A stretch of 64,000 nt of DNA, taken from positions 32,922,001 through 32,986,000 of the forward strand of contig OZ024758.1 of the NCBI GenBank assembly GCA_964016885.1, read 5' to 3'. Every line of letters starts with the position of its first letter. Positions within the stretch are counted from its first letter, which is position 1. Origin of the DNA: Eledone cirrhosa (taxonomy: Eukaryota). The notes under the pieces are model-generated. The model saw nothing but the letters and a program-made list of their open reading frames with translations, made no database searches and was not told the DNA's origin. Positions 54,127 to 64,000 of this stretch are shown piece after piece. The position numbers and the translations under genes are program-made.

Positions 54127-54928
54127 GGAAATTTATACCATGCCTTCGGATCTTTATTTTGATAGTATATATATATATATATAAAATTTCAGGTTATCAA
54201 TAATGTAGTGATAATATATCGTTACGTTAGAGATGAACAGCGTACGTGCAGGTTTGCTCAACGAGTATAAATTATATTCCGGAGAAAATGTAGAAAGGAT
54301 GAATATAAAATGAAAGTGCTTTTTTTAAAAAAGGAATTTATTAGGTATTGACATATGTTTCTGTAACAGACGGAATACCTATGTATCGCTGCTTACGTAA
54401 TCATATAATGTTAGCAAGTATTCGATAGCAAATGTATAATCAGTTGTCACTTCTTCAGAGATTTTGGATAAATTGGATAAAATCAGAAATATTGAAGTAT
54501 TTATATTAGTAATAGAGGAAGAAACAGAGGGGATAGTATATGACAGATGGTAAATTAATTTACTGCTAAACAAGTATATAATGGGTTTCTAATGAGAATA
54601 CCATGAGTAAATCTAAATAAGAATTTTGGGAGTACCAATTTTAATCTCTACTTGACCAACTGGACAGTGGACAGGGCTGGTCATTTGGTGCAGTAGTATT
54701 AATTATATGTCAATTGGGGAAGGGGGAGATTTCGATTGCTACTAAATAACATCAATGCTAGTAGCCAGCTGGTATATGCATTAGGGAATTGAATCAAGAA
54801 ATCAGAAATCTCATTTTATCTATAGCAGTTTGTATTAAAAGGTAAATAATAGAAGAGTTGATAGAATTAAGACTAATAAAGAATGTTAATATCTATTTTG
54901 ACAATCAAACGGGGATAGAGACAGGCGT

Positions 54929-56430
54929 TCAATCCTGGTAGTATTTATAATATGAAAATGTAGATTTTAAGCGATGGTTACAGTATAACGATCGCTCTAT
55001 TCTGTTATTTAATAAAATGTTTTTGGATTTCATAATACAAAATAATTCTACATTACATAATTTACAAAATTCCTGTCCATGGGAATATATGGGGCAGCCG
55101 CTATTATATCCCATTTTAGGTGAAATTGTTGGTTATTTTCACGCAGCTGCCAAGCCTTGTCTGCGAGTGTTGTTACATAACGCTGGTTTTCATGTTTTAT
55201 CGAGTAACGATGTCTATAAAGGCGTGATTTGAAGGAGGTGGCTGTAGATCCCACATAGTACCACTTCTGTCTATCCGATTCGATAGTACATTTGTATACG
55301 ATGTTGCGTTCAAGACACTGATTGTTCAATGGACACATTCCTGGTTGGACACAGTTGCAATTATAATTTTGCGTTGTTGTATTGCCATGGATGGGTTGAT
55401 GAGGTTGCTTATGTAGGACAGGATGTTGTTTGTTGTTTTGTGATGTTATAGCTAATGTTTTACGTGTATTGTTATGTGTTGGAAGGCGTTTATACAACCG
55501 TTTTGCGTTAAGCTTTTTTATATGTTGTTCAATATTAGGGGCGGTTGAATATGAAAGTCGAATAGTGTTAGGGTTTAAGATTTTATTATATTTATGTGAT
55601 GTTGGAAAGTGTTTTTTAACTAATCGAAAGAATTTTGAGGGTAGATTGGTTTTAATAGAGTTGTTATAGACCGGGTTGTACCAAATATACTCCTTACATC
55701 GCCTTCTGTTTGGTGGTGTGCGACTATTATTGTGTCTATTGCGGTAGTGTATGTATGGTGGTGATTCTGTGCTATTTCTACTCCTATGTGATTTATTTTG
55801 GGTGTTTTGGTGATCTTCGACTATATACTCTATATTATCTAGGTGACCGGCTTTCCTAAGTGCATCATCATAATATTCGGCATGTTCTTTGAAGGTTTGT
55901 TGGTTGGACGACAGGCGGGAGATTCTAAGAGAAACATTTCTAGGGATGGATTTAATTATAGAGAGTGGATGGTTAGAACTCGTATTTACATATTTAAGGT
56001 TCTCATTTAGTTTATGGAATGGTTTAATCGTATCTGTATTGAGATTGAAAGTAACATCAAGGAAATTGACCTCTTTGAGGTTATATTCAAATGTAATATT
56101 TAATCCTAGTTCCTTAAAAAGCTTTCTGATATTTTTACGCATACTTTCTAAATTCTGGTTATTCATATGCTTAACTAATAGGAGCGCATCGTCACGGTAG
56201 ATTCCACCGTGGAGATCCTTGAATTTTCCTTGTAATCTGTGGGTGATATAAATTCCCACAAGATCTGTTACTTCCGCCGAATCATTAGAACCCATAGTGA
56301 TATCAAAATTAGAAGGTCTATCTTTGCGAACCCAGTAGCTATCATCGAATTTAACTATAGTTTTCCTCGCTTCCATAATAATTTTAATTTCAGCATCCGT
56401 AAGGTCGGAATTATCCTTAGCGAACGAAAT
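54929..56430 (-). pseudogene. Penelope-like RT (C-terminal half) + GIY-YIG endonuclease, one frameshift near 55095
   Basis: MGSNDSAEVTDLVG, IYRDD, VNFLDV, YVNTSSNHP, CNC..CPLNNQCL, NIVYKC..YYVGST..FKSRLYRH. The reading frame continues in a shifted frame as CKLCNVE..LLNNRIE..CNH to 54929. The motif set recalls the Nematis-type clade (tentative). Confidence 0.9.
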
Positions 56431-56703
56431 TATCCTTAGCAATCGAAATCTCCCCCTTCCCCAATTGACATATAATTAATACTACTGCACCAAATGACCA
56501 GCCCTGTCCACTGTCCAGTTGGTCAAGTAGAGATTAAAATTGGTACTCCCAAAATTCTTATTTAGATTTACTCATGGTATTCTCATTAGAAACCCATTAT
56601 ATACTTGTTTAGCAGTAAATTAATTTACCATCTGTCATATACTATCCCCTCTGTTTCTTCCTCTATTACTAATATAAATACTTCAATTTTTCTGATTTTA
56701 TCC

Positions 56704-56843
56704 AATTTATCCAAAATCTCTGAAGAAGTGACAACTGATTATACATTTGCTATCGAATACTTGCTAACATTATATGATTACGTAAGCAGCGATACATAGG
56801 TATTCCGTCTGTTACAGAAACATATGTCAATACCTAATAAATT
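56704..56843 (+). ncRNA. Hammerhead-like motif with ~90-nt stem II in the PLE pseudo-LTR (mirror copy on - strand at ~54335-54474)
   Basis: CTGAAGA (56720-56726); A-GTGACA...TGTTAC-A; GAAA (56817-56820); C-ATAT-GTC. Proximal stem I is imperfect; the distal AATTTAT/ATAAATT segment pairs. Confidence 0.4.
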
Positions 56844-57088
56844 CCTTTTTTAAAAAAAGCACTTTCATTTTATATTCATCCTTTCTATATATATATATAT
56901 ATATATATATTCGCTCCCCCTATTTACGTGTCCCAACAACTTTCTTTAGCCGTTGCTCGCACCAACCAGAGGTATATGGTCTTTAAAGCGATGAAATACC
57001 AATGAAGGCTGGAAGATCACTGATGAAGGACTAAATTTATTCATATGTAACCCATTTGCAACCACGCAGCACGCCATGTTTTCACATT

Positions 57089-57123
<35 letters not shown>

Positions 57124-57540
57124 AGCTTCCCATGCCCACGTAAAATTTATAAATCAGTGGCTAGTTGAGAGATAGAGCCCTATTGGTTGCCAGTTAATCG
57201 TTTTACCGTGTCGGTTGTCACAAACAGCCATGACCGGCGCAGGCCGGTGTTTGGATTATGTCGATCAATTGGTTATTAGGCAATACCCGCTGATAAAACA
57301 GCATAAGCCGATTGTGCATTGTTGTATAATATATGTAGACAGATGGTGCAGTGCACCTTACTGCTGCATTAGTGCTGCAGAAACTCGAGTCAGAGAACCT
57401 TATAGGCACCCGATTAACATGTGTTGTGTTGAGGCAAATAACTATGTGTATACTCTGGTAATGTATCTTACATTACCCATTGACTGCGCTGAGATACAAC
57501 CGGTACTGGCATTGATAAATATGCTGGGTCCGTCAACTCT

Positions 57541-57574
<34 letters not shown>

Positions 57575-57745
57575 CGTTTCTGAATTTGTTTAGCAAGATT
57601 CTTTATCTGAAATCGTGTGTTGAAACCGATATTGTTATACTTTGGGAATGTTGCCAATAAGAATATATAATATATATATAATAAATTGAAGTGAAAGCAA
57701 CTGGTGCGTGTGTTTCTTATTGGCAACATGACCCTCCTAAAGTAT

Positions 57746-58250
<505 letters not shown>

Positions 58251-58356
58251 TATATCATATATATATCATATATATATATATATCATATATATATATATAT
58301 CATATATATATATATATATATCATATATATATATATATCATATATATATATATATC

Positions 58357-58402
<46 letters not shown>

Positions 58403-58424
58403 TATATATATATATACATATATC

Positions 58425-58471
<47 letters not shown>

Positions 58472-58779
58472 CATATATATATATACATATATATACATAT
58501 ATATATATACATATATATATATATACATATATATACATATATATATACATATATATATATACATATATATATATACATATATATACACATATATATATAT
58601 AATATATATATATACATATATATATATATCATATATATATATATCATATATATATATACATATATATATACATATATATATGTATATATATATATGATAT
58701 ATATATATGTATATATATATATGATATATATATATGTATATATATATATATATGATATATATATATATATATATAAATG

Positions 58780-58814
<35 letters not shown>

Positions 58815-58822
58815 CATATAAT

Positions 58823-59170
58823 GGAGGCACATGGCTTAGTGGTTAGAGCATTGGCCTTGCAATCGAAAGGTTGTGAGTTCAATTCTCAGACTGGGTGATG
58901 TGTTGTTTCCTTGAGCAAGACACTTTATTTCACATTGCTCCAGTTTACTCAGCTGTAGAAATGAGATGAAAGGGACTGGGGTCCCTATAATTCCACTGCA
59001 AAGTGGTCGTGGAGGTGCCACGGCAAAAAAGCACCCAGCCCTCACTGTAAATGAGGTTGGTGTTAGGAAGGGCATCCAGCTGTAGAAATCAAGCCAGAAT
59101 CAGTTCCCATCCCACCCTTGCAAGCAGGGAAAAGTGGACATAAAATGAAATGATGATGATGAATGATGAT
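58823..59170 (+). mobile_element. SINE family A
   Basis: Near-identical to 43951-44376, with fewer internal repeats. Confidence 0.85.
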
Positions 59171-59183
59171 ATATATATATATA

Positions 59184-60084
59184 CAGGGTGCAGGCGATAT
59201 TTGTTCTCAAGATTACTGTCTAGGAAAAAATAACACAATAGTTTTATTTTTTAAGATATAGTTATCAAACTTGGGTCAGTTTGTCTTCATGACTTGTTCT
59301 TTTGATCTCACTCGATAAACACTCCATTGGCTTTGATGACAGCCTCGGAACCGGCTACAGGCCTTCGTTACTGTCCCCCGACTTAGGCCCCTAAAGGCAC
59401 TTGTGATCCTGGCCTTCAGATCGTCTTTCGTATTACAGCTAGATCTGTTGGTTTCTCGTTCCGGTGCGCCCCACACAAAGAAGTCGAGGGGGTTGCAATC
59501 AGGCAAGCTGGGAGGCCAGATGTCAGGTGAAGTGTGGTCGACGAAGTTCTCTGACAGCCAGGCTTGAGTCCTTCAGCTGGTATGGCAGGGCGCTGAGTCT
59601 TGCTGCCACACGTACAGCCTACCTGCAGCTACCTGGTCAATCCAGGGCTTTACTACCTCGCTCAGAACGCGGATGTAGCCATCAGTGTTCAGCTTGAGGC
59701 CCTCAGGGAAGAAGTGAGGTGGCATGACATCACCTTGACTGCCGACGACACCTAAGACCAATGTTGTCGCTGGAAACTTTGTCTGCAATGAATCTGGGCA
59801 CGTCTTTGGATGAGACACCATTCTCCTGCTGACGCTGAGAAAGTCTGAAATTTCATTATTTGTCCTCCCGGCGCGGATTCCAGGAAGAACTCTGTGTCTC
59901 TTCCAAAAATTTGGAGGTTCAAAAATATGCATAATCAATTATTCTGAAAATAAATAATGGAAATATAGTCACTGTTTTTATGAAGACAAGAGGTAAAAAA
60001 AAATTTTTTATGAAGACCAGAAGTAAAAAAAATTTGCATAAAATTAGCAGTTGAAAATTGCAAACAAATATCGTCCTCACCCTG
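59184..60084 (-). mobile_element. Tc1/mariner DD37D (maT-type) transposon, internally deleted
   Basis: TIRs CAGGGTG..G.CGATATTTG with TA flanks. The minus strand reads WQQD-SAPCHTS*RTQAWL...WPPSLPDCNPL-D, with 37 residues between the 2nd and 3rd D. Confidence 0.88.
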
Positions 60085-60449
60085 TATGTATATATATATA
60101 TATATATATATGTAAATATCTTTAAGTCGTTTGGAAGCCTCGACAATGCAAATGGGTAAATCCCCGGGTAACAAGGTCCGGTGGTGGAGAGAGAGATGTA
60201 AGTGGGTGTACGTTGAGATGCGTGGTGTGTATAAGATGTGTAGAATGAAGGGAAGAGTATAAAGGATAAAATAAAAATAACAACACAAGAGAGAGTTACC
60301 TTGGCAGAGATTTAATAGTCCCTATATATTTCGGATTCACATCCATCAACTGGGGTTTTTTTCCGGGGTGGGGGAAAAGGTTGTCTGTCGGACAAGTGCC
60401 AAACGCGTCCTTCGCTGTTTGTTGTTTTGAATATATATGTATATATATA

Positions 60450-61743
60450 TACGCAGATGATCTAATGCTCATAGCTGAATCAATGGCTGAACAAGAAAAG
60501 AAATTCCAAACATGGAAGCATGGCCTAGAATCAAAAGGCCTTAAAGTTAACTTGTCTAAGACTAAAGTCCTAGTTTGTAGAAAGGAAAATAAGGCACAGG
60601 TACCCTCAGGGAAATGACCTTGCTCAGTGTGTAGGAAAGGAGTAGGCAGAAATTCAATTTTATGTCCCAAATGCAAAGTATGGGTACATAAAAGATGTAG
60701 TGGGATGACAGGTAAACAATCTAAGAACGTAGACTTTATATGTGGCCGATGCTCAGGTGAAATAGGTAGCAAGTGTCCACAGGATACTAGCCCCTTCTAT
60801 TGCCCAGATAGTTCTATAGAAATAGTAGACACTTTCCGTTACCTGGGTGACGAAATCAGCAGTGGTGGAGGGTGTTCTGAAAGTACAGTAGCCAGAGTCA
60901 GAACAGGATGGAAAAAGTTCAGTGAGTTTATACCGCTGTTGGCCACAAAAGGTTTCTCTCTAAAAATGAAAGGCAGATTGTATGATGCTTGTATACAAAC
61001 AGCAATGCTACATGGCAGTGAAACATGGGCATTGCGTGCAGAGGACCTGCGTAGACTGGAAAGGAACGAAGCATGCATGCTCCGTTGGATGTGTAATAGT
61101 AATATACATGAACGGCAAAGCATAAATGAACTAAGTGAGAAATTAGGTATAAGAGGGATCAGATCCTGTTTACTCGAGAGAAGACTACGTTGGTATGGTC
61201 ATGTGATGCGCATGAAAGACAACAGCTGTATAAAAAAGTGCAGGGCGATCAAAATTGATAAATTCCGACCTTACACACTTGCACCTCTCTAAGACAATGT
61301 CACTGGACCGAGATCTTTGGCGCTATGCAGTAATACAGAAGACCCACCTTGCCTATGTACAAAGCGAAACCTACAGTCAGTAGGCACCTCTTAACCAAAT
61401 ATACACCCCAATCCACTACCCTATCCTCCCATTCCCACTAATACCACCCTCTCTCTGTAAAGTTGGTACCACAACATCCAGTCCAAATAAATGAGATAAA
61501 TGAGATTGTGTAGGTGTCACGAGAAAAAAACATACAGTTCACGCTGTAATGTGGCCGTGTAGGTAACACAGTAAAAAGTTCCCAGTTCTGGTTGGTGTTA
61601 GGAAGGGCATCCAGCCGTAGAAAACCTGCCAGATAGTCCTATATGAGCGAGACATGGTCACCCGACCAACCTTGCCTCAAGTGGGACAACTCCCGTCTAA
61701 CCCATGCTAGCGTGGAAAATGAACGTTAAATGAAGATGATGAT
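60450..61743 (+). pseudogene. 5'-truncated RTE LINE (same subfamily as 24575-26175)
   Basis: YADDL, CSVC..CPKC..WVHKRC..CGRC, FRYLGD and RRLRWYGHV motifs. A TGA lies at ~60615, there is an internal deletion near 61258, and the 3' UTR is shared with the 24575 copy. Confidence 0.9.
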
Positions 61744-61879
61744 ACCAGACCACCCGTGACCCGTTAGGTCATGTTCACTTCAAAATAATTTTTAAATAAT
61801 CAAAATATACACAGACATGTATATCATGTGAAATTAAACTGCAAGGCCAATATATATACATGAGTGTATGTATATATAT

Positions 61880-62055
61880 AAATGTGTTGAGGGAAAAGCC
61901 TTTTGCAGCTAGCAGTGGCAGTAGCTCCCTGAACTTCTTCCATCCCGTTCTTACCCTAGTTATTGTACTTTCCGAACACCCACCTCCGCTGCTAATTTGG
62001 TCACCTAGGTAGTAGAAGCTGTCTACTGTCTCTACAGAGCCCTCCCAGAGTTTGG
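61880..62055 (-). mobile_element. RTE LINE internal fragment
   Basis: EGSVETVDSFYYLGDQISSGGGCSESTITRVRTGWKKFRELLPLL. Confidence 0.85.
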
Positions 62056-63706
62056 TCAAAAGTAAATGGAAACAACAAAACAAGCAACACAGTACAATAA
62101 AGATATATATTAGTTTAACGCTTGATATAGTAGGGAAAGAGCCTTTATGTTTTGAACAATAGTCCTTCATCAGAAAATAGAATGGGATAAAAGATGAAAT
62201 AGAGAGAGAAAAGAGGAAGGAATTTAAAAAAAATGAGAAAAAGCATGTGTACATTCAGTGAATGAGAGACATAGAGAAAGAAAAGGAAAACCAATGACAG
62301 AGAATCTCATTTCTGGTTTGAATGAAAGTGTTTTAGAACATCTTGCCACTTTTTTTTTCTTTTATCTTATTTTTGTGTTCCATGAATTCTATACAAAATT
62401 TCAGGTCATTTTTGACAGAGTGTACATTTGTGTGACAGATGGACAAAAAAAAGGTTGCGCAGTTATTATATTCTAGGTGTGCTTCTGCCATGGCCCTCCA
62501 ACAAACAAGAAAGGAAATCTTCAGCTAACCAAAGATGTAATGTTAGAGAAACACAAAAACCATGAGATCAATTACAATACATCCAATAAAATATACAGTT
62601 TCAAAATTTGCACATTTATTTCTCGTATTCTCTTCAAATATATTTGGTGTATTCAAAATTACTTTCATTGATTTTTCTGCTAGAGAGTAAAAACTACTAC
62701 GTACAATTTGAAAAACTGTAGGACAGTGTTACCAAGATAAAATAAATAAGGAAATCAATTTTCATTGAAGATATCAATAATGTATTTTTTTTTTTTTTAA
62801 TCTGGCTATCTCTCTCCCCACTCTTGCTATGGTTAGGAGGGGTGGCAATGCCCATGACCTTTGCAGTTTTTTTCTCAGGCTGGTGTGATTAATGAGGTTG
62901 ATATCCAGTTTGAACATCTGTAGGTCAATATTTAAAGCAATAAATGTGAATTGGGAAGGAATTACAGTGTTGTAGCTCTAAAGAAGAAACATTGGGAAAA
63001 AACTTTATGGGATCTTAGATAGAAGATATAGAAAGAGAAACAAGTGTACCTGGATAGAGGTGGTGGAGAATTAGCTTGATTAGTGGAGTATTGTAGTGGC
63101 TTTACTCACTTGGAGATCTTGGTGGTTATGGATTGTATTTCATTTTTTTAATTTTTCATCAGGTAGTGCCTATGACAGGGCACCCACAACTAGTGATGAG
63201 GGAGTTATTCTTAAACTGGAGACCTGGCCTGAAAGCTTAAAACAGAGTTGACTTTGCTCAGGGCCCCCATAAACCAGTAATAATAATGATGGTTCCAGGT
63301 TTAGGTACAAGGCCAGCAATTTGGGGGAAGGAGAAAGTCGATTAAATTAACCCCAATGCATGACTGGTATTTTATTTTATCGAATCCGTAAGGATTAAAG
63401 GCAAAGTTAACTTTGGCGGTACTTGAACGCAGTAACTATGCTGTAAAGCATATTGTCTGATGCTCTACCGATACTGTCAATCCACCAAAGATAATAATAC
63501 ATGTGTAATGAACATAAATAAATAACTCAAAGTAAAGAAAATGATTTGAAGGGAGGCAGATATAAATCTTGGATCAAAGGGTCAAGAATCATCCATTATG
63601 GCACATTGGTGAGATTGTCTTACTAGAATTAGCAGACTAAATGATGATTGATCAGATTAGTAGGCTGACCAACAACATTTTCCTTTAGTTAGCATGTTTT
63701 AGGGGT

Positions 63707-63921
63707 TTAACCCTTTAGCATTTACATTATTCTATATTTACAATTATATTTTCACAATAAAGGCTTTACCTCACATAATTATCTCACATAATATTGAATG
63801 TATGAGATTTTGATATTTATTTTGAGAACAATGCCTTAACATCAGTATGAGCAGTTGGTTACAGCTAGTTTGAATAGAGAATTCTGGCCAGATATGGCCA
63901 GTTTAAATGCTAAAGGGTTAA
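63707..63921 (-). mobile_element. piggyBac-type MITE family 1
   Basis: Perfect TIRs TTAACCCTTTAGCATTTA / TAAATGCTAAAGGGTTAA. Confidence 0.85.
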
Positions 63922-64000
63922 AATAATAATTATTCTAGAAGTGGAGTTAAGCCATAGCTGGATGTTGTTGGGAAGTCAATCATTGAAGTGGTTATATTGA

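Larger units (their letters stand above)
51371..54164 (-). mobile_element. Non-coding fold-back element with ~1-kb inverted arms (putative Penelope-like derivative)
   Basis: 51494-52687 (excluding a SINE insertion) is the reverse complement of 53161-54164, with a ~470-bp spacer. It is flanked by (GA)n and (TA)n and carries a hammerhead-like motif in both arms. Confidence 0.65.
54183..56887 (-). mobile_element. Penelope-like retroelement, 5'-truncated, with inverted pseudo-LTR
   Basis: RT + GIY-YIG ORF on the minus strand. 54291-54741 is the reverse complement of 56437-56887. (TA)n lies at both ends. Confidence 0.9.

Overview
This is AT-rich, repeat-dense eukaryotic DNA, probably intronic or intergenic. 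The mix of RTE-clade LINEs, RTE-tailed tRNA SINEs, Nin/Deu-domain SINEs and abundant (TA)n/(ATG)n microsatellites suggests a coleoid cephalopod, probably an octopod (inference). I found no intact host gene and no prokaryotic features. Recognisable coding remnants are all mobile: several RTE LINE copies, a 5'-truncated Penelope-like element (RT + GIY-YIG), a Chapaev3-like transposase, a DD37D (maT) Tc1/mariner transposase and a Helitron helicase fragment. There are also many piggyBac-type (TTAA) MITEs and five minisatellite arrays, at least three of which derive from TE ends or tails. The most interesting signal is three elements with the same fold-back architecture (5161-6672, 51371-54164, 54183-56887). 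Each has a body plus an inverted copy of its own 3' part ending in (TA)n, and each carries a type-I hammerhead-ribozyme-like motif with an unusually long stem II in both arms. Only one of the three is coding. A fourth, near-canonical hammerhead stands alone at 8800-8864. All folds were predicted by eye and most boundaries are approximate.
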